A stretch of DNA of 63,256 nt from Candidatus Aminicenantes bacterium. GTDB lineage: Bacteria > Acidobacteriota > Aminicenantia > JAMOAD01. Below, piece by piece: positions 1 to 9,719 of this stretch. Position numbers and translations under genes: made by a program. The stretch is from NCBI GenBank assembly GCA_027031485.1, contig JALVQI010000218.1, positions 1-63,256 of the forward strand. Reading direction: 5' to 3'. The notes below the pieces were generated by a model that was not told where the DNA came from, searched no databases, and saw only the letters and a list, made by a program, of their open reading frames with translations. Position 1 is the first letter of the stretch, and the number at the start of each line of letters is the position of its first letter.

Positions 1-557
1 CATCCTGGGAAAAAGGGACGACATATAATATAACATGGACAAAGAGCGGTAATATGAATTCACGTGTAAAAATCAGGCTGTACCGGGGAAATACAAAGGT
101 TTTGAGGATAACAAATTCAACAGCAAATGATGGTTCGTACAGCTGGACAGTTCCGGCTTCACTTCAGAACGGTCAATACAAGATAAGAGTGAAAACCATA
201 GATAATCAGGTATATGATGACAGCGACTCATTCCAGATAACTGATAATTCAGGCCAGCCAAGTATAACGATAACCTCACCTTCTTCGGGGACATCCTGGG
301 AAAAAGGGACGACATATAATATAACATGGACAAAGAGCGGTAATATGAATTCACGTGTAAAAATCAGGTTGTACCGGGGAAATACAAAGGTTCTTGGAAT
401 AACAGATTCAACAGCAAATGATGGTTCGTACAGCTGGACAGTTCCGGCTTCACTTCAGAACGGTCAATACAAGATAAGAGTGAAAACCATAGATAATCAG
501 GTATATGATGACAGTGAGTCATTCCGGATAACTGAAGCATCCGGAACCGGGTTTTAG
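1..557 (+). CDS. Secreted Ig-like-repeat family protein (member 1). The 5' end lies outside the window; two ~97-aa repeats are followed by a stop.
   Basis: The frame is open from nt 3 (SWEKGTTYNITWTKSGNMNSRVKIRL...) to TAG at 555-557. It holds two copies of the family repeat W.KG.TY.ITWTKSG.MN..VKIRL...NDGSYSWTVP...G.Y.IRVKT.DN.VYDDS..F.I. Confidence 0.8.
   Translation, partial: SWEKGTTYNITWTKSGNMNSRVKIRLYRGNTKVLRITNSTANDGSYSWTVPASLQNGQYKIRVKTIDNQVYDDSDSFQITDNSGQPSITITSPSSGTSWEKGTTYNITWTKSGNMNSRVKIRLYRGNTKVLGITDSTANDGSYSWTVPASLQNGQYKIRVKTIDNQVYDDSESFRITEASGTGF
1..557 (+). repeat. Intragenic tandem repeat, 291-bp period, about 1.9 near-identical units
   Basis: catcctgggaaaaagggacgacatataatataacatgg... 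at nt 1 recurs at nt 292. Only a handful of substitutions separate the units. Confidence 0.9.
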
Positions 558-793
558 AAATTTTCCGCTGTTTATACATTTAAAGAATATCACGCTTATG
601 GTACTTATTTAATGAATTGATAGATTTTTTATATTTATATATACGGTAACCTTTGTAGTTACCACAAAGTTTGTCATAAAAATAAAAGAATAAAATAAAA
701 AGGAAATAAGTAAATTAAATATTTTAATCAAAATAATCTCAAAAAATAATATTCAAAAAAATTTAATAAATAATACTACTTTCATTAACATAT

Positions 794-814
794 TTGTCGA
801 AATCCTACAATTTT
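794..814 (+). promoter_or_regulatory. Upstream TGTCGAA...ACAATTTT element (reverse orientation of TTCGACAAAATTGT); candidate activator site for the 922 gene
   Basis: ttgtcgaaatcctacaatttt lies 78 bp upstream of the -24 element. The same motif family recurs upstream of most paralogues. Confidence 0.4.
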
Positions 815-871
815 GCCATACCGATAAGGCTGTAATAGTATTGAAATACAAAAAAACATATAAAATTTTAG

Positions 872-886
872 TGGAATGAAAATTGA
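872..886 (+). promoter_or_regulatory. Sigma-54 type -24/-12 promoter candidate (TGGAAT-N5-TTGA) for the 922 gene
   Basis: TGGAATgaaaaTTGA, with the -12 G 37 nt from the ATG. Caveat: an extended -10-like TGcTATAAT sits at 887-895, so sigma-70 initiation is not excluded. Confidence 0.5.
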
Positions 887-921
887 TGCTATAATTATCA
901 TGAATTTAAAAGGAGGGAAAA

Positions 922-2295
922 ATGAGGAAAAGAATCTTTTTTATTTTAATCATAACATTGTTTATCTCTGTTTTTGTTTATTCACAAAGCATCACAGTAA
1001 CAAGTCCCCACTCAGGAGATTTCTGGGAAAAAGGTAAAACCTATACAATCACCTGGACAAAGAGCGGCACTATGAATGCGAATGTTAAAATCAGATTGAT
1101 GCAGAATGGCTCAAGGGTACTCCCCATAACAGATTCAACTCCTAATAACGGAAGCTACAGCTGGGAAGTTCCTGTAGATCTTGCAAACGGTTCTTATTAC
1201 ATAAGAGTGAAGACAGTGGATAATCAGGTGTATGATGATGGTGAAGCTTTTACGATAGGAAATAGTTCTTCTGCAAGTATCACAGTAACAAACCCCCATT
1301 CGGGTCAGATATGGTGCAAAGGCAAGACCTATACAATCACCTGGACAAAGAGCGGAACCATGTATCCTAATGTCAAAATCAGATTGTTTCATGGGAGCAC
1401 AAAGATACCCATAACAGATTCTACACCTAATAACGGAAGCTACAGCTGGGAAGTTCCTGTAGATCTTGCAAACGGTTCTTATTACATAAGAGTGAAGACA
1501 GTGGATAATCAGGTGTATGATGATGGTGAAGCTTTTACAATTCAAAATTGTTTTGTTGGTATCGGTAATAACACTAATTATAGTAAATATGGTAGTGCCT
1601 ATAAACTTCAAAAATTACCGGATCTAACACCAGAAAAAGAAAATGTTGGATTTATAAATTGGGAATTAAAAATTGTTAGATTTAGAGTAGATATAAGAAA
1701 CAAAGGTGCCTCAGATGCCCATAATATTCCTGTTAAATTAGAAGTTTACAAAAGAGGAGCTCCTGCTCGTTTGCTAAAAACTTTTACTGACTCAATTGAT
1801 TTTCTTCCTCAAGAAGTATATGTGACCCGTGTTTTTGATTATAAATTACCGGAAATCGGAACGTATGATTTTATATTCAAGATAAATCCCGATCATACTG
1901 TAAGTGAATATAGGTATGACAATAATACCAGTGTAAGAAAATCAATTTCGAGAGAAAAATTACCCGACCTCATTGTTTGGCTTATGACTAAGAGGGTTGA
2001 TATTATTTCAAGATCAAAAATATGGATAGGTGTTCAAAATATAGGGCAAAAGACATCACCTCCCACTAAGTTGAAAGTATATATACAGACAAAAGGAACA
2101 AAATACCTTGATATTCCGGCAATAGAACCGGGGAAATTTTATACTGCCGAGAGAAAGGAGTGGTTTCACTCCTTAAAAGATGTATGGGTAGAGATGTGGA
2201 TTGACCCTTTCAACACTATTAGAGAGGACAGGGAAAAGAACAACCATGCCAAAACAAAGTTGGATGTCTGGAGTCATACTGTTTTTAGTAAATAG
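922..2295 (+). CDS. Secreted repeat-family protein (member 2): signal peptide + 2 Ig-like repeats + two CARDB-like tail domains (type A tail)
   Basis: An AGGAGGG Shine-Dalgarno precedes the start. The signal peptide is MRKRIFFILIITLFISVFVYS/QS. There are two PHSG..W.KGKTYTITWTKSG repeats. The tail has PDL...N.G... blocks ending EYRYDNNT and DPFNTIREDREKNN, a CARDB-type signature. Confidence 0.85.
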   Translation: MRKRIFFILIITLFISVFVYSQSITVTSPHSGDFWEKGKTYTITWTKSGTMNANVKIRLMQNGSRVLPITDSTPNNGSYSWEVPVDLANGSYYIRVKTVDNQVYDDGEAFTIGNSSSASITVTNPHSGQIWCKGKTYTITWTKSGTMYPNVKIRLFHGSTKIPITDSTPNNGSYSWEVPVDLANGSYYIRVKTVDNQVYDDGEAFTIQNCFVGIGNNTNYSKYGSAYKLQKLPDLTPEKENVGFINWELKIVRFRVDIRNKGASDAHNIPVKLEVYKRGAPARLLKTFTDSIDFLPQEVYVTRVFDYKLPEIGTYDFIFKINPDHTVSEYRYDNNTSVRKSISREKLPDLIVWLMTKRVDIISRSKIWIGVQNIGQKTSPPTKLKVYIQTKGTKYLDIPAIEPGKFYTAERKEWFHSLKDVWVEMWIDPFNTIREDREKNNHAKTKLDVWSHTVFSK

Positions 2296-2370
2296 CAAAC
2301 CCCATTCCTGTTTTTTGTAATATTTTCAGATTTTTAATAAAGAACTTACAAGTGAAAAGAAGGTAAAAAA

Positions 2371-3522
2371 GTGAAGAAAAAAAAGAAGGGAAGAATGCAA
2401 AGAAGACTTTTAGTGTTTTTTTAATTGCAATATTCATTGTTACTTTTGGTTTTTTCACAGAATATCAAAATAAAAAGTCCCCACTCTGGAGACACATGGT
2501 ATAAAGGACAAACTTATACAATCACCTGGACAAAAACAGGTACAATGAATTCAAATGTAAAGATAAGACTAATACAGAATGGGACAAAAATATTGGGAAT
2601 CACAGATTTAACTCCTAACAATGGAACCTTCAACTGGCCAATACCTGCAAATTTAGTCTCAGGTACTTACTATATAAGAGTAAAGACAATAGACAATGCT
2701 GTATATGATGATGGAGAGGAATTTACGATTACTAATGTAGTTAATCCTCCTGTTAATACTATTAGGATTACGAATCCCCACGGCGAAGTAACATGGGCAT
2801 TAAACTCAAGGAATATGATTCAATGGACATATGAAGGTAGTGGTAACATAGTGATACAATTGTATCAATCATGTTCACCTGTCGGAACAATATATGATGG
2901 ACCAAATACAGGAAGTTTTAATTGGATTATTGATAAATATTTGAACGGAAGTTCTATAACCAGAGGTAGCTATAAGTTAAGAGTAAGTTCAAAAGATACT
3001 CCTTCAGTCTATGATGAAGTTGATCTAACTGTTAAAGGTGAAAGTCATATTTCCTATAAGGATAGTTTCTTATCCTCATCATTAAAAGAAATTGATTTTA
3101 CAGTAGGTGAACATCAATATAACCCTTCAAGAAAACTTTTATTGTTTGAAGTTAAGTCTTCAGTACCTTATCAGGGAAAGATTAATTATGTTGTATTTAT
3201 GGAATCCACATTGGTTTCAAGAAGGCAAAACGCAAAAATCACGGGTGAAGTGAATTTTAACAATGAAACAAGAAAAACAGTTGAACTTAATATTTATAGA
3301 TATCTTCCAGCATCGCTCTATTGGTGTTATAAAGTAATCTTTATTGTTAATGATAAACAGGCTGGAGCTAATATAGTGCCAGAGAAAACACATTTTAATA
3401 ATTCTTCTGAAGGTTTTATATGTAATAGAAAAAAGGTGAGCTTTGAAGATTTAAAAATTAGGCTGATAAAGAATAGAGAGTACTATTGGAAACCCATTCC
3501 AAGAAAAACAGAAATTATTTAA
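2371..3522 (+). pseudogene. Repeat-family member 3, disrupted (type B tail): degraded start region, in-frame TAA inside the signal peptide, premature TAA at 3520
   Basis: Aligned with the intact 26571 start region: ATG has become GTG (2371), the SD AGGAGG has become AGAAGG, and a T8 run is now T7. That gives ...LLVFF-TAA (2422-2424). The frame is restored by an extra T in a second T run before SQNIKIKSPHSG. The expected TGGCAC-N5-TTG position reads TTTTGT-N5-TTTC (about 2313-2328). Confidence 0.75.
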
Positions 3523-3534
3523 ACTAATGAAGAA

Positions 3535-3852
3535 TTGAATGTAGATAACGAAGGAAATATTCAAATTTTCATTAAAGGTAATATAAAAAATTATACTCCT
3601 CGGGTTGTAATAAGAGAAGATTGTATTGTTTACGTATGGGGAGGAAGAGGTAATAATTTACGTGTTTTTCGGCTTAATCCTGACTATTTTAAAATTGAAC
3701 CGGCGAGATATAAAGGATTTACTGCTGATGCAAAAGGCAAATTTAATTCAGACGGAGAGATTAGAGTTAAAATTAGTTGTGCACGTGGACAAGGGATCGT
3801 ACGGATAGTAGACACAATGTGTGATTTATTACTTAGAAAATCGGAAGAGTAG
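3535..3852 (+). pseudogene. C-terminal piece of the same disrupted member, in the same frame and cut off by the TAA at 3520-3522
   Basis: Both pieces are in frame 1. ...YYWKPIPRKTEII*TNEELNVDNEGNIQIFIKGN... is colinear with the uninterrupted ...YYWKTVFSGTRGEVFEYKESDMDLAGNIPILIKGK...PARYKEFTANAKGKF of the 9720 gene. Confidence 0.75.
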
Positions 3853-3983
3853 AAATTTTTAAATTTTGAAGGCTTTACTTTTTTATTGGTAAGCAGTTTG
3901 AGAAAAAATTTTTTGGGAAAGATAGCGAAATTATTTAATTTTTTCAAAATTCCAATTAAGATTAAAAGTATCCTCAACAAAAA

Positions 3984-4008
3984 TGTCTAACTGTTCGACA
4001 AAAATGTT
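3984..4008 (+). promoter_or_regulatory. Upstream TGTC-N9-GACA / TTCGACA element; candidate activator site for the 4125 gene
   Basis: tgtctaactgttcgacaaaaatgtt. The TTCGACA core is 81 bp upstream of the -24 element. Confidence 0.45.
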
Positions 4009-4074
4009 GAATATAATGCTTTTGTATATTTTTTAAAAACTATAAAAATTCTTATATTTTAAAGGAATTGAGTT

Positions 4075-4089
4075 TGGCATAAAATTTGA
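4075..4089 (+). promoter_or_regulatory. Sigma-54 type -24/-12 promoter candidate for the 4125 gene
   Basis: TGGCATaaaatTTGA, with the -12 G 37 nt from the ATG. Confidence 0.6.
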
Positions 4090-4124
4090 AAAAGTGTTTA
4101 TCAATTTAATTCGGAGGTTAAGAA

Positions 4125-5483
4125 ATGACAAAAAAGATTAAGATTCTGTTCATTCTTTTATTTTTTATCTCAGCTCTTTCATTTGCTCAAACTATCACCG
4201 TAACAAGTCCCCATTCGGGAGATACCTGGAATAAGGGGAGAACTTACACAATCAGATGGACAAAGTCGGGTACTATGAATGCAAATGTAAAGATAAGGTT
4301 AATTCAGAATGGAACAAAAATCTTGGGGATAACGGATTCAACCCCCAATAATGGTAGCTATTCATGGACAATTCCTGCAAATATTCCTGATGGAACTTAT
4401 CAGATCAGGGTTAAAACTATAGATAATGCAGTGTCTGATGATAGCGATTCTTTTACGATAGGAGTAAATAATGCTTATCTTCAAATAACTTCTCCCTCTG
4501 CTGGTATAACATGGTATAAAAAAACCACATACAAAATCAAGTGGAATAAAACAGGGTCTATGTCTAATAGAGTAAAGATAAGACTTTATAGAAATGGAGT
4601 GAAAGTGTTAGGAATTACAGATTCTGCTCCCAATAATGGTATATTTGAATGGACTATTCCGGATACGGTTCAGGAAGCAAGTAATTATATTATAAGAGTG
4701 AAAACCGTTGATAATTTGGTATCCGATGATAGTGACTTGTTTTCTATAAAAAATTCAAATATAAATATTAATACGAATTTCAATAAAAAATTCACTCCTG
4801 TCGGTTTTCCCGAACTTGAGGTTTACGGAACTTCGCTCCGCTATACAGGAAATAAAGACGGTGAAATTAAAATTCATGTTGCAGTCAGGAACACAGGAAA
4901 AGTGGATGTTTCAAATGTACCTTATACTTTCATAATAGATGGACCATCGGGAAGATACGATTTTTATTCCTTACAGGGACATTTTGCCTCTATTCCCAGA
5001 GGAATGACAGTTGTTTTTGATAAAACCTATGTTCTTGAGGATGAAGGTAAGTATAAATTTTCTTTTGAGGTTAATCCGAATCACAGAGCCTTTGTTGAAT
5101 ATAGATATGATAACAATAAGTTTGAAAAAGAAATAAAATACATAGGTGCTCCTGATCTCGTTGTTAAGGTGATTGTCGGAATGCATTCAAGATTGGGATT
5201 TTCACATAAAGTATGGTTTGAGGTGAAAAACATAGGAACAAGGGCATCATCTGACTGTAAACTGAGAACTTATATAAAAGGAAAGGGAGTTAAATTTTTT
5301 AATGTGCCTCATCTTTATCCGGGAGAAAAAGCAACATTTATAAGAACGGTAAAATGGTTAACTCTTGGGTATAAAAAGATTGAAGCTATCGTTGATTATT
5401 ATAATATAATTCGGGAAAAGAATGAAAACAACAACAAAACAGATGTTAGAACAAAGGTTGTAACCGGTACAATTTTTGATTAA
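4125..5483 (+). CDS. Secreted repeat-family protein (member 4): signal peptide + 2 repeats + two CARDB-like domains (type A tail)
   Basis: A GGAGG SD precedes the start. The signal peptide is MTKKIKILFILLFFISALSFA/QT. The tail is colinear with the 922 tail (EVNPNHRAFVEYRYDNN ... VDYYNIIREKNENNN). Confidence 0.85.
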   Translation: MTKKIKILFILLFFISALSFAQTITVTSPHSGDTWNKGRTYTIRWTKSGTMNANVKIRLIQNGTKILGITDSTPNNGSYSWTIPANIPDGTYQIRVKTIDNAVSDDSDSFTIGVNNAYLQITSPSAGITWYKKTTYKIKWNKTGSMSNRVKIRLYRNGVKVLGITDSAPNNGIFEWTIPDTVQEASNYIIRVKTVDNLVSDDSDLFSIKNSNININTNFNKKFTPVGFPELEVYGTSLRYTGNKDGEIKIHVAVRNTGKVDVSNVPYTFIIDGPSGRYDFYSLQGHFASIPRGMTVVFDKTYVLEDEGKYKFSFEVNPNHRAFVEYRYDNNKFEKEIKYIGAPDLVVKVIVGMHSRLGFSHKVWFEVKNIGTRASSDCKLRTYIKGKGVKFFNVPHLYPGEKATFIRTVKWLTLGYKKIEAIVDYYNIIREKNENNNKTDVRTKVVTGTIFD

Positions 5484-5607
5484 AAGAATCCTGTGGGAAA
5501 TTTTTAAAGATAAATTCTGCTCTTTTCTCATAATAAAATAATAGTTATATGAATTAATTTCTTTGAGGTGTTAAAGGATTAAACTGTGTTCTCTCAATAA
5601 ACCAATT

Positions 5608-5622
5608 TGGCACAATATTTGA
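5608..5622 (+). promoter_or_regulatory. Sigma-54 type -24/-12 promoter candidate for the 5659 gene
   Basis: TGGCACaatatTTGA, with the -12 G 38 nt from the ATG. Confidence 0.6.
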
Positions 5623-5658
5623 ATAGATTTTTTATTGAAAAGATAAAGGAGGTTTAAA

Positions 5659-6975
5659 ATGAAAAAAGGAGCTTTGTTGTTTTTTTTAATTGCGCTATTT
5701 ATTGTTACAATAGGTTATTCTCAAAGCATCACAGTAACATCTCCCCATTCTGGAGAAACCTGGTATAAAGGAAGCTATTATCATTACACGATAAGATGGA
5801 CAAAGAGAGGTGATATGAATGCAAATGTTAAAATCAGATTGTATCAAGGTGATTCAAGGGTTTTATCCATAACAGATTCAACTCCTAATGATGGGGAGTA
5901 TGAATGGACAATCCCAGAAAGCGTTGATGAAGGAACATATAAGATTAGAGTAAAAACAATTGATAATGCGGTTTACGATGATAGTGAAGATTTTAGTATC
6001 GCAAATCCAACATCCTCATCTGCCACAATAACAGTAACTTCTCCCTATTCTGGAAATGTCTGGTATAAGGGGAAAGTCTATTATATCAGATGGACAAAGA
6101 GTGGAGATATGAATGCAAATGTTAAAATCAGATTGTATCAGGGTGATTCAAGGGTTTTATCTATAGCAAATTCAACACCTAATGATGGATTGTATGAGTG
6201 GAGAATTCCGGTAAGTATAAGTAAAGGAACATATAAGATCAGAGTAAGAACAATTGATAACCTTGTGTATGATGATGGAGAAGATTTTACAATAGAAGAA
6301 GCCTCTGCCATAGGACATGCATTTACCATAACAAGCCCGAAAGCCGGGGATGTTATACTTAGAAGCAGAATGCACAGGACTATAACCTGGGAAGATAATG
6401 GAAGTCATTGTGATGTTGTTTCTTTATATCTTATTAAATACAGGAGCATTGAAAATAGACCATTAACTCCTCCTTCTCTTATTAGGAATACAGGAGTGTA
6501 TAATTCATGGCGTATTTATCCAGGTGACGAAGGGGGAAAATATTTTATAAAAATAGTGTCTGGATGTGATGATGGAGTTTATGGAAAAAGTGGGATTTTT
6601 TCAATACTAAAAAAGAGTAAAATTCAGGTTACTAAAAGAAAAGATAAAGCAAGGGATTTTGCTTTGATTGCTTCCCCAATGTTTTTTAAAGATAATTTTT
6701 TGGTTGTAAGAATGAAGAATTATTACAATGATTTTGAAGGCAACTTAAAATTCAGAATTATAATTTACCAATCCGGAGCTTTTGTAGGGAAGAGAGATGT
6801 AGTTAAGCATATAAGCATTAAAGCTAATGAGACTAAAGAAATCAGATTTCGCTCAAATCCTTCAATTTGCGGAAAAGATGTGACTGTTATAATTGACCCT
6901 GATAATGAAGTGAAAGAAACAGACCGCCACAATAATAATCTTACGTCTCGTATTAGATGTGGAGAAAAAAGATAG
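5659..6975 (+). CDS. Secreted repeat-family protein (member 5): signal peptide + 2 repeats + 1 divergent repeat + type C CARDB-like tail
   Basis: An AGGAGG SD precedes the start. The signal peptide ends GYS/QS. The tail reads KNYYNDFEGNLKFR...IDPDNEVKETDRHNNN. Confidence 0.85.
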   Translation: MKKGALLFFLIALFIVTIGYSQSITVTSPHSGETWYKGSYYHYTIRWTKRGDMNANVKIRLYQGDSRVLSITDSTPNDGEYEWTIPESVDEGTYKIRVKTIDNAVYDDSEDFSIANPTSSSATITVTSPYSGNVWYKGKVYYIRWTKSGDMNANVKIRLYQGDSRVLSIANSTPNDGLYEWRIPVSISKGTYKIRVRTIDNLVYDDGEDFTIEEASAIGHAFTITSPKAGDVILRSRMHRTITWEDNGSHCDVVSLYLIKYRSIENRPLTPPSLIRNTGVYNSWRIYPGDEGGKYFIKIVSGCDDGVYGKSGIFSILKKSKIQVTKRKDKARDFALIASPMFFKDNFLVVRMKNYYNDFEGNLKFRIIIYQSGAFVGKRDVVKHISIKANETKEIRFRSNPSICGKDVTVIIDPDNEVKETDRHNNNLTSRIRCGEKR

Positions 6976-7050
6976 TTATAATTAGTTTTTTAGTTTTCAA
7001 ATAATTTTTCAAAACAAAATAAGCTGAAGGGAGACAAGATCACTTAGTGG

Positions 7051-7064
7051 TTCGACAAAATTGT
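7051..7064 (+). promoter_or_regulatory. TTCGACAAAATTGT element; candidate activator site for the 7183 gene
   Basis: This 14-mer is identical to the one at 9575-9588 and 16491-16504. It lies 81 bp upstream of the -24 element. Confidence 0.5.
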
Positions 7065-7131
7065 AGATATCTTAATAAGAATAATTTGAATAAATTATGG
7101 AAAAGAAACAATGTATTTTGATTGTTTATCT

Positions 7132-7146
7132 TGGCACAAAATTTGA
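7132..7146 (+). promoter_or_regulatory. Sigma-54 type -24/-12 promoter candidate for the 7183 gene
   Basis: TGGCACaaaatTTGA, with the -12 G 38 nt from the ATG. Confidence 0.6.
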
Positions 7147-7182
7147 AAGAGATTTTTACCAAATTTATTTTGGAGGGATAAA

Positions 7183-9252
7183 ATGAGGAGAAAAATTTTA
7201 ACCCTTTTAATACTGTTTTTTAGTAGTTTTTTGTTTGTATACTCTCAATCTATTAAAATTTTGTCTCCTCGTGCAGGAGCTATACTTTTCAAAGGTAATA
7301 CTTACACAATTACCTGGACAAAAACAGGTACAATGAATGCAAATGTAAAAATCAGATTAATGCAGAATGGGAAAAAAGTAATGGGTATTACAGATTCAAC
7401 CCCCAATGATGGCAGCCATCCATGGACAGTACCTACAAATTTAACCCCAGGGACCTATTATATCAGGGTAAAAACAATAGACAATGCTGTGTATGATGAT
7501 GGAGAGAAGTTTACAATCGCAGATGCACCGTCAAAGAAAGCAAGTATCACCGTAACAAGTCCTCATTCAGGCGACACATGGAGTAAAGGTAAAACTTACA
7601 TAATAAAATGGACAAAGAGCGGAAGTATGAATCCTAATGTTAAAATCAGGTTGATTCAGGGAGGAACAAAAATTTTAAGTATAACTAATTCTACTCCTAA
7701 CAATGGAAGCTATTCTTGGACTGTACCTGATGGTTTGCCAACCGGAAATTATCAGATAAGAGTGAAGACAGTTGATAATGCAGTATACAATGATAGTGAT
7801 AAATTTAAAATTGAAGAACCTTCAGCTGAACCAAAGCCTTATATAGAGAGGATATCGCCAGTAAATGTAAGAGTTGGAGATGAAATAGAAATTTTCGGGA
7901 AAAATTTCTATTCTCAGAATGATCATTATGTGGTCTGTGGAGATGGTCACTATAGTGTGACACTAAAAGATTTGGAATGGAAAAAGAATTACATCAAGAT
8001 AACCACGAAAAACACCGCCCTAAAAGCAGGTAATAAGTATGCATTGAAGATTAGAAAATTCAGAGGAGAAGATGCCCTTACTGAAAAAACCGACTCTAAT
8101 CGTGTATATTTCAAAGTTGTGGAACCGGAAGAAGAAAGTTGTATGTTGAAAATTGTAAGAGCGGGTTTATTTAAAAATAGAATTAAGGAAGGAGAAGAAG
8201 TAAAATATTTTATTGTAGTAAGGAATGAGTCTAACAAGGATTTTAAAGGAGATATATTCGGTAGAATATCTTTAACTTCCACCTCAAAAAAGTATCGTAA
8301 CGGACTTGAAATAAAACAAAATATTATACTTGAAGAAGGACAGGAAAAGCAAATAAATTTATCTTTTCGTAGTGATAGCATGAAAGATTTTACAGCTGGA
8401 GTGTATTTCGCCGAATTTTTTATTGTTTATAAGGTAGATTCTTCTTTGGAATGCAAGAATAAATATAAGGGCAAATCTCAATTAATAATTGAAGAAAAGA
8501 AAGAGGATTTTGATCTCACAGCTTACAATTGCGGATATAAAAAGGATGTTTTTACAAAAGGTGAAACAGGTGATTTTGTTGTTACTGTTACAAATAAAGG
8601 TCCATCAACCGTTAAAAAATATAAAATAATCGCCTGGAGTGTTAGAGGTAATGGGAAATCCCTTGTTTCTATTAGAGGAAATACAGGGCAAACTTTTCAA
8701 AGAGATAGAGAGTTAAAAGCCAATGAATCAATAATGGAAGGATTTAAGCTTAGGATAAAAGATTCTCCGGGTGATTATACTCTTTTTATAAAGGTTGAGT
8801 CTGTTGAACCCGAATCAAACAAAGAGAAAAATAAAACTAATAATACCTGTAAAATGAATTATAAAGTATTGTATAAAACAAATACCACTTCCATTAGTCG
8901 TCCGATTACACTGAATTTTCCGGATTTGACTTTTGATAGCAAAAGGACAAAAATAGGAGCAAATGGGATAGAAGCAGTGATAAAAAATCTGAATTACAAG
9001 AAGGCTAAACTACCTTTCCCTAAGACAAAAGAAATATTTGTAAAAATTGAGAATATAAGTTCTACAAAATTTCAAAGAAATATTCTTGAATTCCCTTTAC
9101 CAGTCAGTGTTATCACAGAATTAAATAAAACAGGTGAAACAGATTATATTTCAAGATTGGGAATAAGATTTCCCGCAGCAAGAATAACCATTGATTCAAA
9201 GAATTCTATATTAGAAACAAATGAAAACAATAATACAATAGCTGTGGAGTAA
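7183..9252 (+). CDS. Secreted repeat-family protein (member 6): signal peptide + 2 repeats + IPT/TIG-like domain + several CARDB-like domains
   Basis: The signal peptide ends VYS/QS. PYIERISPVNVRVGDEIEIFGKNF is IPT/TIG-like. The tail ends DSKNSILETNENNN. Confidence 0.85.
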   Translation: MRRKILTLLILFFSSFLFVYSQSIKILSPRAGAILFKGNTYTITWTKTGTMNANVKIRLMQNGKKVMGITDSTPNDGSHPWTVPTNLTPGTYYIRVKTIDNAVYDDGEKFTIADAPSKKASITVTSPHSGDTWSKGKTYIIKWTKSGSMNPNVKIRLIQGGTKILSITNSTPNNGSYSWTVPDGLPTGNYQIRVKTVDNAVYNDSDKFKIEEPSAEPKPYIERISPVNVRVGDEIEIFGKNFYSQNDHYVVCGDGHYSVTLKDLEWKKNYIKITTKNTALKAGNKYALKIRKFRGEDALTEKTDSNRVYFKVVEPEEESCMLKIVRAGLFKNRIKEGEEVKYFIVVRNESNKDFKGDIFGRISLTSTSKKYRNGLEIKQNIILEEGQEKQINLSFRSDSMKDFTAGVYFAEFFIVYKVDSSLECKNKYKGKSQLIIEEKKEDFDLTAYNCGYKKDVFTKGETGDFVVTVTNKGPSTVKKYKIIAWSVRGNGKSLVSIRGNTGQTFQRDRELKANESIMEGFKLRIKDSPGDYTLFIKVESVEPESNKEKNKTNNTCKMNYKVLYKTNTTSISRPITLNFPDLTFDSKRTKIGANGIEAVIKNLNYKKAKLPFPKTKEIFVKIENISSTKFQRNILEFPLPVSVITELNKTGETDYISRLGIRFPAARITIDSKNSILETNENNNTIAVE

Positions 9253-9564
9253 AAATCTGAAAGTGAATAATCTTTTTTAAGAGAAGTAGGGTAGTTATAA
9301 GTAAAAATTTTTTTCATATGTTTTTATAATTAAAACAATTATATTATAAAACAAAAACAATTGTTCATGATAAACTAATATTTATCTTAACACCTGTTAG
9401 ATTACAAAAAATAAGGATATGGACGAAAGGAATAATAAATACAAATTCTCAATTAGATTCAACTAATTGTTTTAAAAATAAAAATTTTTTATTATGGCTA
9501 AGAGGATTGTAGTAATAGGCGAATAATATGTATTAAATATCAAAGGCAAAAAACAGAACAAAAA

Positions 9565-9592
9565 TGTCTAACCATTCGACAAAATTGTTAGG
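9565..9592 (+). promoter_or_regulatory. TGTC-N9-GACA / TTCGACAAAATTGT element flanked by CTAAC...GTTAG; candidate activator site for the 9720 gene
   Basis: tgtctaaccattcgacaaaattgttagg. The core is 95 bp upstream of the -24 element. Confidence 0.5.
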
Positions 9593-9669
9593 TTTTATGC
9601 TCTTATATTTTTTTTTAACCTTAATTAAATAAAAATAATTACTTAATTATGTTTTGAAACTACTGTTTT

Positions 9670-9684
9670 TGGCACAAAATTTGA
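9670..9684 (+). promoter_or_regulatory. Sigma-54 type -24/-12 promoter candidate for the 9720 gene
   Basis: TGGCACaaaatTTGA, with the -12 G 37 nt from the ATG. Confidence 0.6.
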
Positions 9685-9719
9685 ATATCTGTTTATCTAT
9701 TTAATTAGGAGGTTAAAAA

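Noticed and set aside
3520-3522. The in-frame TAA as stop-codon reassignment or programmed read-through.
   Set aside because: TAA, TAG and TGA all terminate well-conserved genes elsewhere in the window at the expected positions, for example TGA at the sppA/MBL and MBL/xer overlaps. The gene also has a decayed promoter, SD and start codon.
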